A stretch of 64,000 nt of DNA from assembly GCA_963693055.1 (NCBI GenBank), contig OY843751.1, forward strand, positions 5,536,001 through 5,600,000. Direction: 5' to 3'. A model generated the notes under the pieces. The model searched no databases and was not told the DNA's origin. It saw nothing but the letters and a program-made list of their open reading frames with translations. The DNA comes from a bacterium. Lineage in GTDB: Bacteria; Zhuqueibacterota; Zhuqueibacteria; Residuimicrobiales; Krinioviventaceae. Shown here one piece after another: positions 40,020-48,332 of this stretch. The position numbers were made by a program, and so were the translations under genes. Each line of letters opens with the position of its first letter. Within the stretch, counting starts at the first letter, position 1.

Positions 40020-40919
40020 ATGCATGACAATCATAAAAAAATCGCCGGGCTGGTTATCTCTGTTGGCATACTGGCACTCTCTTCCGCATCTATATTTATA
40101 CGATTGTGTGATGCTGCTCCACTGGTAATTGCCGTATATCGTGTTGGGCTGGCCTCTATATTCTATACAGGACTTGCAGGCGTAACCCGCAAGTCTTTGC
40201 TCAAACAAGTTTCAATTCACGATATCAAATGGGCCGTATTATCTGGTGCGTTTCTGGCTTTTCATTTTGCAACGTGGATCACCTCGCTCAGTTATACAAC
40301 CGTAGCCAGTTCTGTGGTGCTGGTACAAACGTCTCCCGTTTTTGTAGCCATTGGCAGTGCAATCTTTTTAAAAGAAAGACTCCACTGGAAAGGCGCTATA
40401 GGGATTGTTATTGCAATTACAGGTGGGATGATCATTGCCGGGTACGATGCAAAATTTCAAAACACCGCCGTTTTTGGAAATACGCTGGCTGTATTGGGTG
40501 CGTTGGGAGCTTCGGGGTATTTCCTGATGGGGCGTAAATTGAGACGCTCCATGAACACGTTTCAATACGTTGTGTGGGTGTATGGAGCCGCTGCCGTAAT
40601 CCTCTTGATTTACATACTCTTCACCCAACCCCAAATACTGATTGATTACAACAGAGAAGCTTTACTGGTATTAATTGCCATCGCTTTTATACCCCAGGTC
40701 ATTGGACACACCAGTTTGAATTGGGCGCTGAAATATTTTTCAGCCGCCACCGTTGCCATCCTTACCTTGGGTGAAGCGGTGGGGTCTTCATTATTAGCCT
40801 GGCTGCTGCTGAATGAACCGTTACCAGTATATAAAATGATTGGTGGGATTATTTTATTATGCGGTGTTGTTGTAGTATTACTGAATGAAAAATATACAGA
40901 ACAATCAATCCCGGATTAA
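40020..40919 (+). CDS. DMT/EamA transporter
   Basis: Ten TM segments, HFATWITSL, PQVIGH. Confidence 0.9.
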   Translation: MHDNHKKIAGLVISVGILALSSASIFIRLCDAAPLVIAVYRVGLASIFYTGLAGVTRKSLLKQVSIHDIKWAVLSGAFLAFHFATWITSLSYTTVASSVVLVQTSPVFVAIGSAIFLKERLHWKGAIGIVIAITGGMIIAGYDAKFQNTAVFGNTLAVLGALGASGYFLMGRKLRRSMNTFQYVVWVYGAAAVILLIYILFTQPQILIDYNREALLVLIAIAFIPQVIGHTSLNWALKYFSAATVAILTLGEAVGSSLLAWLLLNEPLPVYKMIGGIILLCGVVVVLLNEKYTEQSIPD

Positions 40920-41051
40920 CTCAATATTTATCTTACCGCTGCCTGAATTGTCGTTTTTATTTATATATCGAAAATATTATACACTGCTGGTCCCGTAACA
41001 GATTGACCGGATTAAGAATTTAACACTACATTTTTATACAGGAGCGCTTGT

Positions 41052-41546
41052 ATGACAACATCAACAACTACGACTGATGCCGCATACAAGAAACTGCTTG
41101 CAGGCATTAACGGCTTTTCCGGTTATGAGCAACCCGGGTTACGGGAAAAAACAGACATTTCATTTCGGCATTTTTTGATCAATGAAATTGGAGCACTGAT
41201 CAAGTATGTCAAAATCGATTTTTCAGTGCAAGGCAGTACACTGCGCAACAAGGCCCAAAAGTTAAAAAAAGGTATTTTGGTATTGAGCGAAAGCCTGAAA
41301 CACCCCACATACCACGGGGCCTTTTTTTTCAACAAAGATGGATTGCGAAACAATCTGCTGGACCAGATTTACGAATGTGAAATGATCATGTACGACGAAA
41401 TTGAAACCTTGAAACAAGAGCTGGAACTGCTGGCTGTGGCTCCTACGGTCAATGATCTTGAAAATCTATTAATACACATACAGGACTTTATAGACAATTT
41501 TAATCAACACGTGTTTGAACGCGAATCCCTCATACTGGAAGCTTAG
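41052..41546 (+). CDS. Conserved hypothetical helical protein
   Basis: AGGAG RBS; GFSGY...D...R and LDQIYECE patterns. Confidence 0.65.
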   Translation: MTTSTTTTDAAYKKLLAGINGFSGYEQPGLREKTDISFRHFLINEIGALIKYVKIDFSVQGSTLRNKAQKLKKGILVLSESLKHPTYHGAFFFNKDGLRNNLLDQIYECEMIMYDEIETLKQELELLAVAPTVNDLENLLIHIQDFIDNFNQHVFERESLILEA

Positions 41547-41555
41547 GAGAAAAAC

Positions 41556-41969
41556 ATGAAATTCAATACCCGTTATTTATGGTTCAATACTCAAAAACAT
41601 CGTGAATTCATCAATATTACCCATGAGGTTGAAAAATCGCTAAGAGAGAGCGGTATTAAAGAAGGAATGGTGCTCATCTCTGCCATGCATATTACCGCCG
41701 CGGTATATGTGAATGACGCGGAATCCGGATTGATTCAGGATATTGAAGACTGGCTGCAGCACCTTGCCCCGGATGGTGTTGACTATCGTCACCATCGTAC
41801 CGGTGAAGTGAACGGAGACGCCCACCTGAAAAGCCTGCTCATGCATCACCAGGTCATTCTCCCGGTTACAGAAGGTAAACTGGACCTTGGCCCCTGGCAG
41901 CAGGTCTATTACGCGGAATTTGACGGACAGCGCCGTAAACGGGTCATTATTAAAGTGATGGGAGAATAG
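41556..41969 (+). CDS. yjbQ: YjbQ family protein
   Basis: HITAAV.VND.E, NGDAHLK, LGPWQ, EFDG. Confidence 0.92.
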   Translation: MKFNTRYLWFNTQKHREFINITHEVEKSLRESGIKEGMVLISAMHITAAVYVNDAESGLIQDIEDWLQHLAPDGVDYRHHRTGEVNGDAHLKSLLMHHQVILPVTEGKLDLGPWQQVYYAEFDGQRRKRVIIKVMGE

Positions 41970-42037
41970 TTACGGGAGCGAAATGAACCTATCCGATCTG
42001 AAACACAAATCATTCTTTTAAAATATATACATTTTAT

Positions 42038-42079
42038 TGCCTGGTATCCGCCATTTGGTGGATTCCGGGCAGTTTTTTT
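42038..42079 (+). terminator. Terminator-like long hairpin after yjbQ
   Basis: TGCCTGG.ATCCGCCA-TT-TGGTGGAT.CCGGGCA followed by GTTTTTTT. Confidence 0.65.
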
Positions 42080-42299
42080 GTAGATCCCATTTTAATGGGA
42101 TTGTCCACCGCCAGGTGGACAGGATTAATTGATCGCCCGGCATATTTGTGCCGGGCGGAATATTTATCAGGACATTTGTCCTGGTTGTAAACAAAAATAT
42201 TACGGGACGAATGTCCCTAAAAAATATTCCACGATGCAGAAATCTGCATCGCGATCAGAGAAACAACATTGTTTAGTAGCCCGCTCAATTGCGCGGGCT
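42080..42299. repeat. Dense palindrome array (REP/REPIN-like) containing an inverted covarying doublet
   Basis: Eight further hairpins; two begin at GTAG (42080, 42276); 42130-42257 is an inverted duplication. Confidence 0.8.
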
Positions 42300-42303
42300 T
42301 CAT

Positions 42304-42573
42304 TTACAGATTGTCTTTTAACCACTTTGAGCATTTATCACTAAATCCTCTCCATGCCGCCTCGCCTGACAACTTTGCAACTAACAATTTATCATTTTGA
42401 TCAACATGCTTCGCTAATTCATTTCGTATTTCTTTAGCAGACATATCGCTTTTAATTATCCAAACCGATTCAAGACATTTCCAATAATTATTATATTTTT
42501 CAATTGATTCATGCAGACTAGAATAATCCTGTCCTGGAGACATTAAGTCATAAGTGATAAGATATGAGTTCAT
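42304..42573 (-). CDS. Small Cas2/VapD-like ferredoxin-fold protein ('SinR family' as often annotated)
   Basis: YLITYDL...QDY..L...I...LESVWII...DKLLV. Confidence 0.7.
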   Translation of the reverse strand: MNSYLITYDLMSPGQDYSSLHESIEKYNNYWKCLESVWIIKSDMSAKEIRNELAKHVDQNDKLLVAKLSGEAAWRGFSDKCSKWLKDNL

Positions 42574-42610
42574 AAAACACCCCAATACTTTTATTAATTG
42601 GTTTAATAAT

Positions 42611-43168
42611 TTATGAATCTTTTACAAATTTTCCGAGATCAAGTTTTTCAGAGATATTCATATACCAGGCTTTAAATAATTTTTCAAGATCATACATGAA
42701 ACCATCTGTCCAGATGAAAAAAATGAGTTCGTTATAACGAGTATAGAGTTGTGGAATAAGTTCATCGTACAAATAATCAAAAGAATCTTTAAATATCTCT
42801 ATTTTGTCAGATGTTACTGATGTAAACATTGATTTGTAAATAAATGCAATGATTGTATGTGATATATTATTCATTTTATTATCACTAATTTTACGACAAG
42901 CGCTATTTAGATTTTCAACTAACAACCTTAGTTCATTATCTTTTTCATCCACTAATACTAATTTTCGATCGATTATTTCAAGACCTACATCATTTGGTTT
43001 AGGAGCATTAGATAAGTCTTTTTCAAAATTCGATTTTAAATTTACGATCCCTTTTTCTAATTCCTCAAAGACAGGAGTTAGAATCTTTCTTCTCTGGTCA
43101 CGTTTATCGTCTAAGGATTTTAAATAGTACCCCAATATTGCACCAAAAAGAATTTGGATTAACCACAT
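42611..43168 (-). CDS. Hypothetical protein with N-terminal TM anchor
   Basis: MWLIQILFGAILGYYL then charged helical body; AT-rich; GGGGCG upstream. Confidence 0.65.
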   Translation of the reverse strand: MWLIQILFGAILGYYLKSLDDKRDQRRKILTPVFEELEKGIVNLKSNFEKDLSNAPKPNDVGLEIIDRKLVLVDEKDNELRLLVENLNSACRKISDNKMNNISHTIIAFIYKSMFTSVTSDKIEIFKDSFDYLYDELIPQLYTRYNELIFFIWTDGFMYDLEKLFKAWYMNISEKLDLGKFVKDS

Positions 43169-43189
43169 AATCGCCCCAAAATGTTATTA

Positions 43190-43636
43190 CTATATAATAC
43201 CTATTATTCTTAAATACGTTGACCGAATATCAGTAAACAAATCTGAATTGGGATCCACGAACCCTACAGACTCAAAAATTAACTCTTTAAGGATTGGTTG
43301 AGTAATTAAAATATATGCGTATGATTTATCTGGTAAAGAGTCTATCAGGAAAGAGGAATCAATTTCAACAATATAATCTGTATCTCTTCCTCTATGAGAC
43401 AAAGGAATAACAAGGACACTACTCTCAGATAATATATTATTAATCCGGTTTGCTTGTATTACTAAAACATATCTTTGATCATGAAATGTTCGATCGTATC
43501 TTTCTTTTGGTAAGTTGTCCTCAGGAAATTTTACTGTTGGATTTTCAGAATTGTCCCCAACTTTATAAATACCACCTTGTTTAATATCATTCCCTGATAA
43601 ATTTGCTTTTTCAAATGCCGCTTCCAGTATCCCCAT
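43190..43636 (-). CDS. PemK/MazF-like toxin
   Basis: IKQGGIYKV, RYVLVIQ, VLVIPLS, SYA...QPI.K, VGFVD; overlaps the upstream gene. Confidence 0.7.
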   Translation of the reverse strand: MGILEAAFEKANLSGNDIKQGGIYKVGDNSENPTVKFPEDNLPKERYDRTFHDQRYVLVIQANRINNILSESSVLVIPLSHRGRDTDYIVEIDSSFLIDSLPDKSYAYILITQPILKELIFESVGFVDPNSDLFTDIRSTYLRIIGII

Positions 43637-44279
43637 AAATATTGATCACCCTATTTGTCTTATCTAATAATGGTTGAAAGTCATTCATTACTTGATTTGT
43701 AAGAATAGAATCTTCTCTTGTATGTCTATTGCATCTACGCAAACGATCTCGATATGCTCTTCTTTCCTTTGCGAGAGGATCAATATCACGTTCAGTAAAA
43801 AATGGTTTTTTTAAAACCTCCACTCCCTTACAAGATGTTCCCATATTTTCTTCAATTTCAACCAGCCTTATCATTGGAAATGTATCATAGGATGCATTTT
43901 TGACAAAATTAATTCCATCTTCAGCCGAGAGAGTGTTTATTTTTGATTTAAAAAATATTAGTTTTGTTTGGAAAACATCTAATTCAATATCGGTGAAACA
44001 GTATGATCCATTTGAGAAATGCCTCATTCCACGCCCATGCCGAAATCTTTCAATTTGATTATTTGCTTCCATAAAACTTAGATGATCTTTGTAATGATCT
44101 GGCACAGGCCCCATATTTATTCTAACAAATGGAGTTTCAGAAAAGTTTTCACCAAACATTAGTTTGTATTCTAATTCTAAAAAATATAAAACTTTTACAA
44201 GAGCAGTGGTATATATCCCCGGAATTACACCTGTCACCAATTTGACAAGCTCAAAAAAATTTGGATAATTTGATTGCAT
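43611..44279 (-). CDS. Panacea (DUF4065/SocA-like) antitoxin
   Basis: TALVKVLYFLE...FG..FS...FVRINMGPVP; probable ATG at 44279 (track start 44330). Confidence 0.75.
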   Translation of the reverse strand: MQSNYPNFFELVKLVTGVIPGIYTTALVKVLYFLELEYKLMFGENFSETPFVRINMGPVPDHYKDHLSFMEANNQIERFRHGRGMRHFSNGSYCFTDIELDVFQTKLIFFKSKINTLSAEDGINFVKNASYDTFPMIRLVEIEENMGTSCKGVEVLKKPFFTERDIDPLAKERRAYRDRLRRCNRHTREDSILTNQVMNDFQPLLDKTNRVINIYGDTGSGI

Positions 44280-44424
44280 TCTTTCTTTTCTTTTGTAAAA
44301 CTTTTTATTCGACCTAACTTCATTAATCAAGATTGAAAAATAATTTTACTCGTCAATCTGATTTGTTATTACAGTTTTGTTGCAATATTGTATCCAAATT
44401 GTAATTTGTTATAAAGTATGGATA

Positions 44425-44453
44425 AAATTATCAATTTATCTTACAAATGTCAA
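44425..44453 (-). promoter_or_regulatory. Sigma-70-like promoter for the TA island
   Basis: TTGACA-N17-TAATTT, overlapped by the imperfect palindrome GATAAA-N8-TTTATC (44421-44440). Confidence 0.5.
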
Positions 44454-44578
44454 GAATTATTAGTTTCAAAGAGTTGGATTTGCGTAAATTGGCTAGCGTT
44501 TGTTGTATTCTTCAACCATATCTGCAAACCTGTTATATTTTTGTAATTAAAAAACACCATTATAATACTACAACACTT

Positions 44579-44720
44579 TAAATTGGAAACAATTTCCATT
44601 TTAAAGAAATAATTTCTCATTATATAATCTATATAGACAAACAGGTTTATCTTAAAAGATAAACTTGTTCATATTTTATCCCCATATATTACCCTATAAA
44701 TTTGAAACAATTTTCCATTT
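44579..44720. repeat. Two 23-24-bp direct repeats flanking a 14-bp-stem palindrome
   Basis: TAAATTGGAAACAATTTCCATTT (44579) and TAAATTTGAAACAATTTTCCATTT (44697); AACAGGTTTATCTT-AA-AAGATAAACTTGTT (44640-44669). Confidence 0.65.
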
Positions 44721-44982
44721 CAACCAGAACAAAACTGTCAAGGTATGCACCACACAGTAAGCAACACGTAATTCCTTGTTTTTATAGATCTCTCCTGTAC
44801 TCAAATCGGAAACCGAGTTGGTTTATAGATTGGCCCTCACAAGCACAGGCCGGGACCAATTAAATTGAAAATAGAAGGAGAGATAAAAAATACAATGTAT
44901 GAGGTGCGATGGTAATTGCTGTTGCGGTTCTTGTTGCTGCTGTTTCGCATACTGCTAGTATTTCATGAGCGGTTTTTATCCG

Positions 44983-46344
44983 TTATCCGGCATCTATGCC
45001 CAATTGCCCCATTTTTCTATACAACGTCGCTTCGCCTATACCCAGCGCTTTGGCGGTTTTTCCCCGGTGATGATCAAACTTTTCCAACTGGGACGTAATA
45101 AACTGCTTTTCAAATTGCTCCACAGCGGATTTTAGATTATCCGTTTGCGGATTAAAAACCGTTACTTTTTGATTTTCAAACATTCCGGTGGGAATCTCGT
45201 CCAGCACCAGTTCCGCTCCTCTGGCAAAGATCATCAATCTTTCTATAAAATTCTCCAGTTCTCGCACTTCGCCTTCCCAGGTCCTGTGCACAAGCTGCTC
45301 CAGCAATTCTCTGCTCACCCCGGTAACACGTTTATTCATCTGACGGTTGTATTTTTGAATAAAATGATCAACCAGCAAGGGGATATCGTCTTTTCTCTCT
45401 GTAAGAGAAGGAAGATTGATCTCGATAACATTTAACCGATAAAACAAATCCTCCCGAAAGTTGCCCGCCTCCACCTCTTTTATCAATTCCCGGTTGGTTG
45501 CCGCAATAATACGAATATGTACGGACTCGGGCTGTGTTGAACCCACGGGAAGTACCGTTTTGGTTTCAATGGCGCGTAACAATTTGGCTTGCGCGGAAAG
45601 CGACATTTCTCCAATCTCGTCCAGAAACAATGTTCCCCGATGTGCGGCTTTGAACAAACCTTCCTTGTCTGCAACCGCCCCGGTAAAGGAACCCTTTTTG
45701 TGACCAAACAACTCACTTTCCATCAAAGTTTCAGTTACCGCACCGCAATTAACCGCTACAAAGCGTCCGGACCGGTGCCGACTGTTATAATGGATTGCAC
45801 GCGCTACCAGCTCCTTTCCTGTACCGCTTTTCCCGGAGATGAGAACATTACTTTCACTGTCAGACACTTTATTAATGGTACCAAAAATCTTTTTAATGGC
45901 AGCACTTTGTCCAATAATATTATTATAATCGTACTGGGCGTGAATTTCCTGGCGCAACACCTGATTCTCGTACACAAGCTCCTTGTGTTCAATCAGTTTA
46001 CGTACTTTGATGGCAACGTCTTCCAGATTGAGGGGTTTTAACAGATAATCATACGCGCCTTTTCGTAGCGCTTCTATGGCAGTTTCTATGGAAGCATAAG
46101 CAGTAATTAGAATAAAAGACAACCGAGGCCGAATCACCGAAGCTTGTTCCATCAGCTCCATCCCATTCAGCTCGGGCATTTCAAGATCGGTTATAACCAC
46201 GTCAAATTCAAATTCCTTGATTTCTTCAAGCGCAATTCTGCCGTTTTCAGCCTGGCGGCACAAGAATCCCCGGTTCCCCAAAACTGTACACAAACTTTCA
46301 CGGGTGATATAATCATCATCCACAATCAGTACATGGGTAGCCAT
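44983..46344 (-). CDS. Sigma-54-dependent response regulator (NtrC/AtoC family)
   Basis: REC domain, GKSGTGKE, ESELFGHKKGSFTGA, FLDEIGE, Fis-type HTH. Confidence 0.95.
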   Translation of the reverse strand: MATHVLIVDDDYITRESLCTVLGNRGFLCRQAENGRIALEEIKEFEFDVVITDLEMPELNGMELMEQASVIRPRLSFILITAYASIETAIEALRKGAYDYLLKPLNLEDVAIKVRKLIEHKELVYENQVLRQEIHAQYDYNNIIGQSAAIKKIFGTINKVSDSESNVLISGKSGTGKELVARAIHYNSRHRSGRFVAVNCGAVTETLMESELFGHKKGSFTGAVADKEGLFKAAHRGTLFLDEIGEMSLSAQAKLLRAIETKTVLPVGSTQPESVHIRIIAATNRELIKEVEAGNFREDLFYRLNVIEINLPSLTERKDDIPLLVDHFIQKYNRQMNKRVTGVSRELLEQLVHRTWEGEVRELENFIERLMIFARGAELVLDEIPTGMFENQKVTVFNPQTDNLKSAVEQFEKQFITSQLEKFDHHRGKTAKALGIGEATLYRKMGQLGIDAG

Positions 46345-48228
46345 CTATTCCTCCCTGATTGCAATTGGCAAAGATATGGTAAACGTGGTAAATTCACCAA
46401 CCCGGCTGTCAACAGTAATATTGCCTGAAAAACTCGTCATAATATTATAACTCACCCACAAACCTAAACCTGTTCCTTTACCCTTGTCTTTGGTGGAATA
46501 AAAAGGCTCAAAAATATGGGCCTGGTCTTTTTCTTCAATTCCACTGCCATTGTCAGTAACAGATACAAAAACCATTGACTGATCATTCCAGGATTTTATT
46601 AAAAGTGCACCATCCTTTTGATTTTCCATTGCATCTGCGGCATTTAAACAGATATTAATCAAAACCTGCAACAGTTGATCAAAGCTGGCAGTTACCAGCG
46701 GTATCTTGGCCTCAAGCTCGGTTTGTATGGTCTGATGTTTTAAACGCTTGTCATATTTGATTATACGGATAACCTGCTCTATGACATGATTGATATAGAT
46801 ATCTTCAATTTTGTGATGAATGGGACGAGAGAAATCAACCAGTGTTTTTACAGTTCGGGATATGCGGTCAATATTCTGCTGAATCAATGACACCTTTTCC
46901 TTAAACTCAGGATTATCAATCTGAAAATTCAGCAACTGGGTTAATGAGGAAATGGAATTCAAAGGGGAGCCAACTTCATGAGCAATGCCGGCTGCAAGTG
47001 TACCCACAGCAGAAAGTTTTTCAGACTGAATAAGCTGCTGCCGCAGCTGTTCCTGCTGGGTCATATCACGGGCAATTACACTACTGCCAATATAATCATT
47101 GCGCTCATTCAAAATGGCTGTGCGTGTTACTTCAATTACTATCTTTCGTCCGTCACGGGTCAGGCGCTGGGTCCTAAAGTTTTTTAAAAATCCTTTATTC
47201 CTGACAATGGCATTGATCTTTTCAATCTCGTGCTGAGATTTCAAATCATCCGGAACAATCAGGCTGATTGATTTGCCAATAACCTCTTCTTCTTCCCAAC
47301 CATATATATTTTCCGCTGCTCGGTTCCACATCACAATACGGTCATTCTCGTTCAGAATAATCAATGCATCCGCAGCATCATTGAGAATATTTTCAAAATA
47401 CTGTTCGTATCTCTTTAAAGCCAGTTGGCCCTTGCGGTGTTCAGTAATATCATGACACAATACAGACACGCCAATCACATTTCGATATTCATCCCGCAGG
47501 GGTGCTATCTTGTAATTGACAATCAACTCCTTGTCTGCCACGTGTTTATGTTTTACCTCAAACAAAGCAAACTCGCGATTGTCATTCATGGCCTTTTCTA
47601 TGGTGCTGAACACCTTGCGTTCTTTTTGCAATTCAGGAAAAGACTGCACAATATTTTTACCAAGAACCTGTACAGCTTTGATACCAAAAATGCGTTCCAG
47701 GCCATCCGTCCAATGGATGAAATTGAGATGCTTGTCCAGCATGAACAGACCAATGCCGGCAAAATCCAGCGTCAACAATCCAATTTGTGACGCCCGTGTA
47801 TAATCACGCGGCAATTTTTCAATTTTACTTTTGGATTTTGCTTTAAAATGTACACTAATCGTCCGGATCAGTGGATCAAAAATATCATTAATCTGACCAA
47901 ACGTCTCAAGACTGTTCATCTCTTTACCACTGGTATGCGCCATTACAGACAGCATCACATATCGGCTAACCAGCAGTGGATCTACAATTTGTTTAGGAGC
48001 TTCGGAAAGTGAAAGGAAAAAAGCGTTGATAATTTTTTCAACATGTTCCAATACAATTTCAACATCCGGGTCTTTTAAATAGCATTCCAGTAGATTCATT
48101 AAATATTCAACTAGCCGGTGAACGCGATCTTTTTCCCAATTTGGCAGAATAATATATACCCGTTCTTCCCATTGCGAAAGGATCTCTTGCCGGTATTCAT
48201 GCAAAATATGTAATAAATTTTGGTCCAC
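46345..48228 (-). CDS. Cytoplasmic PAS-PAS sensor histidine kinase with RsbRD-N-like N-terminus
   Basis: RQEILSQW, two PAS, AHEVGSPL, NAADAM, DNGSG, GTGLGL. Confidence 0.9.
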   Translation of the reverse strand: MDQNLLHILHEYRQEILSQWEERVYIILPNWEKDRVHRLVEYLMNLLECYLKDPDVEIVLEHVEKIINAFFLSLSEAPKQIVDPLLVSRYVMLSVMAHTSGKEMNSLETFGQINDIFDPLIRTISVHFKAKSKSKIEKLPRDYTRASQIGLLTLDFAGIGLFMLDKHLNFIHWTDGLERIFGIKAVQVLGKNIVQSFPELQKERKVFSTIEKAMNDNREFALFEVKHKHVADKELIVNYKIAPLRDEYRNVIGVSVLCHDITEHRKGQLALKRYEQYFENILNDAADALIILNENDRIVMWNRAAENIYGWEEEEVIGKSISLIVPDDLKSQHEIEKINAIVRNKGFLKNFRTQRLTRDGRKIVIEVTRTAILNERNDYIGSSVIARDMTQQEQLRQQLIQSEKLSAVGTLAAGIAHEVGSPLNSISSLTQLLNFQIDNPEFKEKVSLIQQNIDRISRTVKTLVDFSRPIHHKIEDIYINHVIEQVIRIIKYDKRLKHQTIQTELEAKIPLVTASFDQLLQVLINICLNAADAMENQKDGALLIKSWNDQSMVFVSVTDNGSGIEEKDQAHIFEPFYSTKDKGKGTGLGLWVSYNIMTSFSGNITVDSRVGEFTTFTISLPIAIREE

Positions 48229-48293
48229 CAGACCTCAACAGCTAAATAATGATCTATATTAATTCATAAGAAAAGTAACCCGGTGAAAAAACT

Positions 48294-48321
48294 ACTGGTC
48301 CGGCATGTTTGCCGGACCAGT
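48294..48321 (-). terminator. Terminator of tkt
   Basis: ACTGGTCCGGCA-N4-TGCCGGACCAGT followed by AGTTTTTT on the minus strand. Confidence 0.75.
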
Positions 48322-48332
48322 TTAGTATATAA

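Noticed and set aside
42130-42257. tRNA gene (cloverleaf-like fold)
   Set aside because: No T-loop GTTCRA, D-loop or anticodon-arm geometry, and too long.
42129-42344. 71-aa ORF across the hairpin array
   Set aside because: TTG start, no convincing RBS, runs through palindromes and overlaps a convergent gene.
42038-42573. CRISPR array beside the Cas2-like gene
   Set aside because: The hairpins are not identical direct repeats with regular spacers, and there is no cas1 or other cas gene.
42038-44330. Integron cassette array (short AT-rich co-oriented genes)
   Set aside because: Intergenic gaps are under about 40 bp or overlapping, I see no RYYYAAC...GTTRRRY attC structure, and there is no integrase.
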